Source: an uncultured Planctomycetaceae bacterium
GTDB taxonomy: Bacteria; Planctomycetota; Planctomycetia; Isosphaerales; Isosphaeraceae
Length of the DNA stretch: 64,000 nucleotides
Direction: 5' to 3'
Assembly: GCA_963833985.1 (NCBI GenBank)
Contig: CAWIAD010000001.1
Coordinates: 2,912,001 to 2,976,000 of the forward strand
Numbering within the stretch: the stretch's first letter is position 1; each line of letters begins with the position of its first letter. The notes beneath the pieces are model-generated. The model was not told where the DNA came from. It made no database searches and saw nothing but the letters and a program-made list of their open reading frames with translations. Positions 18,392-29,046 of this stretch are shown piece after piece. The position numbers and the translations under genes were made by a program.

Positions 18392-20308
18392 ATGTCCAGC
18401 GGTACGCCTGGCATGTTGCAGCGCGACCTGGGCGCCCTGTTTGAGTCCGGCAGCCTCACAGGGCTGACGGATCGCGACCTGGTCGAGCGCGTGACCGGTC
18501 CGCTGGACGCGGCCGCCGAGGCAGCGTTCGAGGCACTCGTCACGCGGCACGGGCCGATGGTCCTGCGGGTTTGCCGCAACGTTCTGGGCCACCAGGACGA
18601 TGCGGAAGACGCGTTCCAGGCCACCTTCCTGGTGCTGGTGAAACAGCGGGCGTCGATCCGCAAGCTCGATTCCGTGGCAAGCTGGCTGTATGGAGTGGCC
18701 AGCCGGGTTGCGGCCCGGTCCCGGGTCGATGCGGCACGGCGGCGCAAGTCCGAGCAAGGCGGCATGCGGCTGGTGACGGACTCGGCCGCCGTCGAGGATA
18801 CCGCGGAGGCTCTCGATCGTGCCGCTCATGGCCCGATCGTGCAAGAAGAGGTGCGCAGGCTGCCGGAGAAATACCGGTCCGTGGTCTTGCTTTGCTACTG
18901 GGAGGGTCTGACCCACGAGCAAGCCGCGCTCCAGCTTGGCCTGCCGATCGGCACGGTCCGCAGCCGGATTGCCCGGGCGCGCGACCTCTTGCGCAAGCGA
19001 TTGATCCGCCGCGGCCTGCCGGCAACGGCCGGAGCTGTCGCGGTCTTCGCCGCGCCGAGCGCTCCCGCGGCCATCGCTCTGCCGGCTCTGCCGCTGTCTC
19101 TGGTCCGTTCCTCGGTGCAAGCTGCGATGTGTATCGCGGCCGGGCAGTCCACCGCCGGGGTGGTCCCGGCGACGGTCTTATCGCTCAGTAAACGCGTGCT
19201 CTGGAGTCTGGCCATGATGAAACTGACAAAACTTGCAGCGGTTTTGACGATGACCCTTGTGCTTGCCTTCGGTGCCCGATCGTGGGCACAACGGCCGCAC
19301 CGGGAAGCACGACAACCGGCAAAGGCAGCCACGGCGAAACCGGGACAGGCCGTGAAGGGCTTTTCCCGGATCGCGCATATGATCGAACCGCCAGACCTGG
19401 TCCTGGTTGAAGTGCTGGAAGCGCTTCCAGGGCGCCCAATCTCCGGCGAGCGGCTTGTTCGCCCCGACGGCACGATCTCGCTGGGCTTTTATGGGGATGT
19501 CGAGGTCGCCGGACTGACCGTGGTCGAAGCAAAGGAGAAGATTGTCAAGCACTTGACGAAGTACCTGAACGACGATGTGCTTGGTCTCGAAATCCTTGAT
19601 CCCGAGACGGGGGAGCCGAAACGCGACGCGAAAGGCAACGAGTTACGAATCGAGCCTCGTGACAGCGACCGCGTGTTCGTGGACGTGACTGCCTATAACA
19701 GCCGAAACTACTACGTCGAGGGTGAAGTCTACGCGCCCGACAGGCTCCCTTCCACGGGCGGAGACCGAGTTCTCGATGCCATCCATTATGCCGGCGGACT
19801 TCGTCCCACGGCGGATCGAAGCGCGATCCGCCTGGTTCGTAGCTTCCCGCAAGGCGCCCCGGTGCAGGTGCTGCCCATCGACTACGAGGAAATCACGATG
19901 GGAACGGACGACTCCACGAATTATCAGATACTCCCGAACGATCGCGTCGTCGTACCGCGTATTGGAGCACTCGGCAGATCATCATCCAGCACCGGCACCG
20001 GCACCGGCACCGGCGCGGTCCGCAAAGACCCAGGGCCAGCGGATGGCGGCGCCGCGAACACTCAGTTCGGCAACAAAGACATACCCGCTTCTTATTATCC
20101 CACGGCAGGTAATGACCCAAGAAGTGCGGCGACCGACAAGCTCGAGCGAAAACTCAATGAGGTGGAAAAGAAGCTTGACAGTATTCTCAGTAAGTTGCAA
20201 GAGACCAAGCCCGCCGCGAACACCGAGGCCGACAAGGAGAAGAAACGCCGCCGACTCGAATCGCCAAGACTCGACGATGAAGATGTCAAGTCTCCCTTTG
20301 AGCGTTGA
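18392..20308 (+). CDS. ECF sigma factor fused via a TM segment to a polysaccharide export (Poly_export/SLBB, Wza-like) domain
   Basis: Sigma2 ([19 protein letters not shown]) and sigma4 ([29 protein letters not shown]); hydrophobic [16 protein letters not shown]; then [38 protein letters not shown] and [13 protein letters not shown]. Confidence 0.88.
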   Translation: MSSGTPGMLQRDLGALFESGSLTGLTDRDLVERVTGPLDAAAEAAFEALVTRHGPMVLRVCRNVLGHQDDAEDAFQATFLVLVKQRASIRKLDSVASWLYGVASRVAARSRVDAARRRKSEQGGMRLVTDSAAVEDTAEALDRAAHGPIVQEEVRRLPEKYRSVVLLCYWEGLTHEQAALQLGLPIGTVRSRIARARDLLRKRLIRRGLPATAGAVAVFAAPSAPAAIALPALPLSLVRSSVQAAMCIAAGQSTAGVVPATVLSLSKRVLWSLAMMKLTKLAAVLTMTLVLAFGARSWAQRPHREARQPAKAATAKPGQAVKGFSRIAHMIEPPDLVLVEVLEALPGRPISGERLVRPDGTISLGFYGDVEVAGLTVVEAKEKIVKHLTKYLNDDVLGLEILDPETGEPKRDAKGNELRIEPRDSDRVFVDVTAYNSRNYYVEGEVYAPDRLPSTGGDRVLDAIHYAGGLRPTADRSAIRLVRSFPQGAPVQVLPIDYEEITMGTDDSTNYQILPNDRVVVPRIGALGRSSSSTGTGTGTGAVRKDPGPADGGAANTQFGNKDIPASYYPTAGNDPRSAATDKLERKLNEVEKKLDSILSKLQETKPAANTEADKEKKRRRLESPRLDDEDVKSPFER

Positions 20309-20404
20309 CCAGCGTTCAGCCCGCGGCGTGCCAACGTTCGGCGACCAAGACACGCCGCGGTCCTCGCAGCCCTGACGACGCTCGCATGCACATCATCACC
20401 CTGC

Positions 20405-21733
<1,329 letters not shown>

Positions 21734-21840
21734 TCCTTTTGCCTTTCACGGTCGAGAAACGCCGAGCAGATCCGCAGAAGTCTTTGAGCAGGATTTCCGT
21801 TTCCTTGCCCGGAGGCTGAGGGCCCTGCCTGGCCGCTCTC

Positions 21841-22186
21841 CTCGTGGGGTACGATTCCAATCGTGCCATTCGATTCTCGTGGGGTACGATTCCAATCGTG
21901 CCATTCCTGGTTCATCAGATGGAAAAAGTGACACGATCGGGGATCGTGGCCCACGAAAAGCGGCCGGATGCTCTCCTCGTGGGGTACGATTCCGATCGTG
22001 CCATTTCTGGTTCATCAGATGGAAGAAGTGACACGATCGGAATCGTGTCCCACGAGGTGATCGAAAAACTGACACGATCGGCGATCGTGTCCCACGAGGT
22101 GATCGAAGAAGTGACACGATTGGAATGGTGTCCAACGAGGAGATGGAAGAACTGACACGATTGGGTATCGCGTCCCACGAAAAGCG
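21841..22186. repeat. REP/BIME-like cluster of 8 palindromic units
   Basis: TCGTGGGGTACGATTCCAATCGTGCCA forward at about 21842, 21877 and 21978. Reverse-orientation variants (TGACACGAT..ATCGTGTCCCACGA) at 21928, 22028, 22069, 22111 and 22152. Each has an ACGAT/ATCGT stem after a GTGG head. Confidence 0.85.
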
Positions 22187-22237
22187 GCATTCCGGTCATC
22201 AAGGATCGCATCAACATGTTGAATGCCTGTCAAAGAA

Positions 22238-23288
22238 CTATGGCGAACCTGCTTGGTGGTTCATGTGCAGATGGTGCTTCAGCAGCAAGAGCATCTCGTC
22301 CCAGGTTCTCGGCTGCACTTCCAGCGCGTCCAGGGCCAGCCGGCGCGTCAGCACCTGCCCAGCCGGATCAAGATACTCGACCGGGCTCTTGCCATCGACG
22401 CGCGCCAGCAGGCAGGCGGCCGCGTGCTCGATGGCGCGCGGCACAAGGTTCTCGGGCCGCCACGGTCCCCCCGCGATCCGCTCCAGGTAAGAGGCCCAGA
22501 AGGCCAGCGTCAAGTCCAGGAACCGCTGCTCCAGCCCCGCCGCTGTCTTGCCGAGATGAATCGTCTTGAGCATCAGGTGGCTGAGGAAGAATCCGAGATC
22601 GAACGTGGCGTCGCCGGCATGGGCGCACTCGAAGTCCAGCAGGATCAGGCCCTCTGAGTGCACCAAAATGTTCTTGGGACTGAAGTCTCCCAGCACCAGT
22701 GTACGCTCGCGGACCGGCACGTCCATGGCGGCGATCAGGGCATCGATCTGTGCGGCCACGGCGGAATGTGCGCGGGCGATCGTGCGGTAGTAGGGATCGA
22801 CGCGAAGCTCATCAAAGAGCGTGGTGTCGGCGAGCGTCCCGCGGAGCTGCGGGTGATGCGGGGCCTCGGCGTGAATGGTTGCCAGAATCGTCCCCAGCCG
22901 GCCGGCAATGCGCGCGTCGGCCTGGCCGCTCATGAGCCGGGTTTTCCAGGTTTCCGAGTCGTCCGGCGCAGGTCATGGCGAAGAGGTAATTGGGGCGGTC
23001 TTCGAAGAGCACGCGCGGCACGGTGTTCGGAGGCAGCAGCTCATCCAGCACCTGGAGCGCGGCGTGTTCGGCCCAGATCCGGTCCAGCCGCGCCCGCCAT
23101 TCCATGGCCACGCGCAGCCGCTCGCGGCATTGCTTGATCACGAACGGCGGCTGGCCGGCCACATCGACACGCAGCACGACGTTGGAAACCCCGCCGGCCA
23201 GTTCGCGGACACTGACGCCCTGGCCGTCGGCGACCCGCCCGGTTGCGCGAAGGTAGGCGACGGTGTTCTCGCTGCGGATTTCCTGCAT
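22238..23288 (-). CDS. APH/choline-kinase-like phosphotransferase (methylthioribose-kinase-like), frameshift near 22965
   Basis: ELAGGVSNVVLRV, VIKQCRERLRV, LVLGDFSPKNILV, LLDFECAHAGDATFDLGF, ARVDGKSPVEYL. Confidence 0.8.
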
Positions 23289-23326
23289 CGGAGGGTTGTG
23301 CGCCGCGTGGGGAGGAGACCAGGCAT

Positions 23327-24097
23327 TCAGATCAACGTTTCCAGCAGCAGTCTCAGCTTGCGGACCTCGACCTCGCGTTCGAAGGCGTTGTCCGGGCGAT
23401 CGACGATGGCGACCGTGAGCGCGCGATTATAGCCGTGGCGCTGGAGCTGGTTCACGATCCGGGCGTACTCGATGAGCCCCTGGCCGACGCGTACCTGGAA
23501 CTCACCGGGCTGCTTGCCGCTATCTCGGAGATGGACATTCTGAACGTACGGGTAGAGCGGATCGAAGTCGGTTTCCTTGTACGGCCCCTGCAAGCCGTGG
23601 CTGGGGTCGAGCGTGAGAGCCAGGCCGGGGATGGTCTTGCACAGCTCCAGGGCGGCGCGGGGGTCGCCGGCGAGCGTGGCGGAGTCGGTCACGAGGGAAA
23701 GGACCAGGCCGTCGCGCATGGCGTTGCCCACCAGTTCCGTGAGCCGTTTGATCTCCTGATTGAGCGATGTTCCCAGTGAGAGTGACGGCATGGCAATGAC
23801 GGCGACACCGAGCGCCTTGGCGAACCGGCAATGCGCATCGAAGCGGCGGCGCACCGCGGGGTCGTTCCAGTCGACCGGTCCCAGGTCGATGGAGAGCGAG
23901 GAGGGGGTCAAGCTCGGTCCGCGGCGAACCTGGTGCAAGGCGGCCTCGAAATCCTCACCCACCTGGGACGGCCGCAGGTGCTGCCCATCGTCCACGATCG
24001 CCAGCTCGAACCTGTCGAACTCCAGCTCGGAGATGAGCTTGAGGGCCTTATCCAGCGGTTCCCTGGCAAAGCAGAGTGTGCTGCATGCGACGAACAT
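23327..24097 (-). CDS. Sugar phosphate isomerase/epimerase (AP endonuclease 2 TIM barrel)
   Basis: ACSTLCF, LTLDPSH, VHLRD, VGQGLIEY. Confidence 0.8.
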   Translation of the reverse strand: MFVACSTLCFAREPLDKALKLISELEFDRFELAIVDDGQHLRPSQVGEDFEAALHQVRRGPSLTPSSLSIDLGPVDWNDPAVRRRFDAHCRFAKALGVAVIAMPSLSLGTSLNQEIKRLTELVGNAMRDGLVLSLVTDSATLAGDPRAALELCKTIPGLALTLDPSHGLQGPYKETDFDPLYPYVQNVHLRDSGKQPGEFQVRVGQGLIEYARIVNQLQRHGYNRALTVAIVDRPDNAFEREVEVRKLRLLLETLI

Positions 24098-24225
24098 CGA
24101 CCCCTCCTCACCTTGCCACGGCCCGTCGGACCGGGCACCTCGATGGACGGCATCGAGCGCAGGTTCTTGACCGGTGATGGTCTGATCCAGGCGTGAATTC
24201 GATCCTCCTGACCCGTGGGGCGATC

Positions 24226-27200
24226 TTACCGCACCGTGCGATCAGGCGAAAGGGCAGAAGCCTCGGCTGGACCGGGCCTCAGGGTCCTGGAGGTCTCGGT
24301 CAGGTCCGGGTGCCGTTTCTGTGCATTGGCGGCCAGGATTCCGGGATGCCGCGCCCAGTGCGAGCCGGCCAGCCGGGCGAACTCGGCGTAACGGTGAGTG
24401 CGATAGGCCTGGAGCGCAGCCAGAAGGGTCCGCTGGGCGTTCAGCCGGGCGGCCCTGGGCACCGTTTCGCCGAGCACGTGCACGTCGTCGATCCAGAGCG
24501 TTCCGGGTGTGACCAGCTCGAACCGCAACCGCGCCGAGTCGAGTCCGCCGGCGGGTAGATCGACGGCCCGCACCGCTTTCTGCTCCCACGTGGGAGAGAC
24601 CTTGAACTCGGACTGCCGGACGTAGGGCATGCCGCCGGCCTCGCCCCGGATCCAGAGGCGAACCTGGGCATCGGGCGCCTCGGCGCGGAGATACGCCTGG
24701 ATGATCACGCTCGAGCTTGCTGCCGGCACGAAGCTGCCGCTGGAGACCGAGACCGGGGCAGCCGGGGCGTTCAGCTTCAGGCTGGCCTGTCCCGAATGCG
24801 GATGAGAGGAGTCAATCGCGATCGAACTGTCCGGCCCGCCCTCGAGCGACCAGCCGCCGGGCAGATCACTCGCGGACGGCGCAGCGCCTGCTTTCTCGCG
24901 GTTGTTGGTCAGTGGTACGGGGTGGGAAGATGGCGTCTCGAAACCCGGGTTGGGCGGCTCTCCGGTTCCGCTACCCGGGCCGCGATTGAGCCGGGCGAGC
25001 TGGTTGGAAAGCTCCTGGTACTGCGCCTCCATTCCGGCCAGGACGGCGTCGGAGGGATACGGAGTGGTCTCCAGCAGTCGCGCTCCGGGTGCAGCCACCC
25101 GGATGGCCGAGACGCCGTGGGGAGGCAGGTCGATCACGAGCTGCCGCCCGCCCGCGACGGCCTGCGGAACCAGTCGCAGTCCGCGCCCAGGTCCTCCACC
25201 GAGGCAGTGGCCGGTGCGTCCAGCAGGCCGGCAAAGCGAATCGGGTAGGGCGTGTCGTTGGCGATTTCCAGGCACGTTTGCGACGCATCGCCGAGCGCCC
25301 GGGCCACGACTCCGCAGTCCTTCTGGTCCGCGGTGGCGGCAGGCAGCTCGATCGCCGCGGCAGGCAGCGACCGGAAGACCGTGGCGAACCTGCGGAGCTC
25401 CTCCTCGTGCCCGGCGACGGCCTGCGCCGCCAGGACCAGCCACTGGGCGTCGAGGGCGGCGACCGCATGTCCCAGCGGCTCGTCCAGCGTGATCCCATCA
25501 CCCAGCGGCACGGCCGCCAGCGCCAGGCCGGCCGCGCCGGTCTCCGCAAACGGCCCGGACACTGCCGCCGGACTGGCTTGCCCGCCGGCCGCTCTTTCCT
25601 CCGCCTCCTCGTCGTCATCGCCCGTGTCGGCCACCGACCTCCCGGCACCGATCCAGGGCCTGAGATCGCCTGCTCCCGAGTCCACGGTGAGACACAAGCC
25701 GCGGAGCGATCGACCGGCGATCTTGGCATCCAGGTCGGGGCTGGTGGCCAGGTCGTGCGCCAGTGGATCGGTGGAGAGCTCGACGCCCCGGAGCAACACC
25801 GGGGCATCCATACCGGCCGGCCAGGCCTGAAGGTCCAGCCCCACGTTCCGCCAGGCCTGGCTGGGGGCCAGCCCGGCCAGGTCCACGCGCCGGGCCTCGG
25901 CGTCCGCTGCGCCGCAGTGCAGCACAGGGGTGGAGAGCGCCAGCACAGCCCCGGGCGACACGGTCCGCGCCGCTTCCTGAAGCTCGTTGTACAGGTTTGC
26001 GATGGCACGCGAGCGCCACATCAGCCACGGCATGCGGCCCACGCCGGAGAGATACCTCGATCGGCTGGCGAACCGGTTGGCATCCCCGGTCTCCAGCCCC
26101 GGTATCTTGCTGGCCGTCTCCGGACCGAACGTATCATGCACGAACTGCGCGTAGGTCGCGTCGTCCAGGCCGGTGTCCGGGTTCCCCAGCAAGCTGGCGC
26201 CAGGACCGAGCTGGATCAAGAGTCCGGCCACCGTGCCACCGGCCTGGCGTGTCGCCAGCGCCTGCTCGACGCGCCGCTTCAGGGCCTGCCGCACGGCCGG
26301 GTGCAAGGGATGGTAGCAGCTCCCATCAGGCTGGCCCTGGCGGTCCACTCTCACGAGGCCCTGCCGCAACGCTTCCGCGGTGCCGGGCGGAGGCAAGCCG
26401 GGGAGATTCTCCGGCCCGTCCAGGTTCAGCTCGAGCCAGGCAGAGCAACCCTGGCGGCGGAGCAGGCGCAGGACCACATCCAGTGGGTCCGGGGCCGATG
26501 AGTCCTCTTCGGCCTGTCCCCGCAGCAGGCGGCGGTCGGCCCGGCCAGAGAGCCGCTCGGGGAGCACAACCAGCGATGCTCCGCAGTAGGAGACGTAGCC
26601 GACAAGATTCCTGGCCATCTGGAAGTCGTCGGTGAGGCCGGCTTCCTTTCCACCCCCGAATCGGTCAAGCGGGTGGCTGCCCGTCAGGTACAGTCCCAAT
26701 GCGCGTGTGGCCGGCGGTTTGGGCAGCCGGACCGACGGCCCGGCGGGCACCTTGTCCAGCTCCACCAGTTTCACGGTGCCCAGCCGGACGGGCCCCGAGG
26801 GGCTCCGATTGAGCAGCAGCAGCTGCGGTTCGGAACATCCGGGCCAGACCAGCCAGGAGAACGTGGCGGCAGGCCCATCCTTGAGAATGGGCGGGCCCGC
26901 GACGCAGGCATCGAGCAGGAGCCTGGGACGGCTGCCTCCGGTGCCCGGGTCCACCAGCGCCACCCCCAGCGCCCTGGGGTCTCCGGCAGCGACCGTGAGC
27001 GTCAAGCGGTGCAGTTTCTCGGGGTGGGGAGCCCGCAGGGCGACAGTCGACCAGGGAAGGCCGGAATCATCGGCGGGGCCAAGGTTGGCGAGCTCGGCCG
27101 GCGTACGGCCAATCAGGTTCCTCAGGCGGTCACGCTCGCGTTCCCTCCGCCCGTTGTCCAGAATGGCCTCCGCGGGAACAGACCAGAGACTGCTGCCCGG

Positions 27201-28241
27201 ACTGGCCACCGCCGCGCGGCCCCAGGCCGTGACGCGTGCGCCGCGGATGCGGCCGAACTCGACCGAATCGACCTCGGTTTCACGCGGCGGAACCTCCGCG
27301 TTACCCCCCGGTGCGGCCGCGAAGGTGGTCTGAGAGGAATCGGCCGAGGCCGAGGCGACGACCATCACCAGCCGCCGGGTTACTGAATTCGTCGCCGGTG
27401 CGGACTTGCGGCGCCGGATCAGCCGGGCCAGCCGCGAGCTGCTCCCCTCGCGCGGTCCGGCAGGCTCCCAGCTTGTCCGCAGCTCCAGGACATAGCTCCC
27501 CTCGACGGCCGGCGCGGGAATGGTCCACACCCGCGTTGGCGGGTCGAGCCGGTTGGCTGGTACCTGATCCTTCTGGTCGGAACGCCACAGAACCTGGTCG
27601 CTGCCGATGGCGCGCAGGGCGGCCGTGGTGCGGACGGTCGCTTCGGGCGCCTCGGGGGTGATGATATTGTACTGAAGAAAAAGCTGGACAGCGGTGGAAG
27701 GCTGCACCATCCCATGCTCCGCGCCTGGCCCCAGATGCGCGAGCAGTAAATCCCAGGGTAGGCGCTCGACGCCGATGACCAGCGGTGCGTGCGGCGGAGT
27801 CCGCTGCGGGCGGTCGACGATCGCCAGCACGGGAATCCGTACCACGTTGTCGCCCCGGCGAACGATCAGGTCCGCCCCGGCGGCAGCCTCGACCCGTGCG
27901 CGAATTCGTCCCGCGTCGGTGCTTCCCAGCGTCCAGCTGCCATCCTCCGCCTGGCGTGGAGAATTGCCCGCGGCTCGAGAGGCCGTCGGCCAGGCGACCG
28001 CCTCGATGACCTGGCCCTCACTCACCGACACAACGACCTCGGAGGGGGACCGCTCGGCACCCGCCGGCTGGGCATTCGCCCCGGCCGCGGGAGCCGACCA
28101 CGTCAGGTCGATGGTGATGCCTACCGGCTCGTCCGGGCCCGCCGGCTTGCCTTTCTCCCAGCGCGCAGCCCGAGTGCTGGCCATGGTTCCGAGCAGGAAC
28201 ATGGCCAAGCAGAACAGGACCTCGCGCCCTCCTTTGCGCAT
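24226..28241 (-). CDS. Large secreted planctomycete protein with a GH-like TIM barrel and CBM-like C-terminus, frameshift near 25185
   Basis: Signal peptide; YHPLHPAVRQAL and GLDDATYAQF region; after the shift, PPNPGFE...HSGQASL...GTLWIDDV (CBM-like). Adding one C at ggc(c)gcgga joins the frames. Confidence 0.6.
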
Positions 28242-28740
28242 GAGCCCCCAGACACCTTTCCGCCGCGATTCGAGCGCGTCATGTCACGTTGTGCCGACCG
28301 ACATCCGTGCCGGATCGAACAACCACTCGCACCCTGTCCGTCATCCAGCCCGCACGCCGAGACCGGCGAAGGGACCGGACAAGAAGAAATGATCCACAGT
28401 CTGCTATCGGCAGGACAGGAGCCTTACTTCACCCGAATCCGGAAAAATCGGCAAGGTCGACCTGACACGGCGAATCTCAATGAGAAGGTGCCTACCGCTG
28501 AAGCACGCGCCGGCTCGGGCGGCATTTCTCCTCATCACCCCGGCGATGTGGCTGGCTCGCGTCGATTGCCTGAAACGGATGGCGAGGTCCCGCACCGCCG
28601 CCATCGCCGCCGATCCGGATCCCGGCTGCGCACGAGGGCGCTGCAAGCGAGCGCCCGGAGGGCCGCCTGGATGGAGCAGGCTCATTTCAACATCGACGGC
28701 TTATCTATCTGATCCAATCGGCCAGCGCGAGGCAGTCCGC

Positions 28741-28884
28741 TCACAGTCCCTTGCCGCCCACGTGCTTTCTCTTCCTTGGGTTCCGCGTGCCGTGGATCTT
28801 GCGGTGGCGGCCCTTGGCCACGGGCGAGCTATCGGCGCGTTTCCGCCACTTATGTCCCTTGCGATGCCGTGTTTTCACTTTCAT
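28741..28884 (-). CDS. 47-aa very basic small protein
   Basis: CAGGAAAG RBS; MKVKTRHRKGHKWRKRADSSPVAKGRHRKIHGTRNPRKRKHVGGKGL. Confidence 0.6.
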   Translation of the reverse strand: MKVKTRHRKGHKWRKRADSSPVAKGRHRKIHGTRNPRKRKHVGGKGL

Positions 28885-29046
28885 GGTTCTTTCCTGAGTC
28901 TTCTCTGCGCAGTGCGATGCGGCAAGGCCGTTGCTGTGGCCGGTGAGCCGAAAGATCCGTATTATGAGATCTCGCCCACGCCGCGACAAGGTGAGTCCAC
29001 CGTTGTGGACCGATGGACACCCAGGGAGCGGGGTTGACCGCAAGCC

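Noticed and set aside
19990..20015. ACCGGC x4 microsatellite
   Set aside because: An in-frame Thr-Gly linker inside the ECF fusion, with no phase-variation effect.
21841..22186. Possible CRISPR array (palindromic ~28-bp repeats)
   Set aside because: Mixed orientations, degenerate copies and short, mutually similar linkers fit REP/BIME elements.
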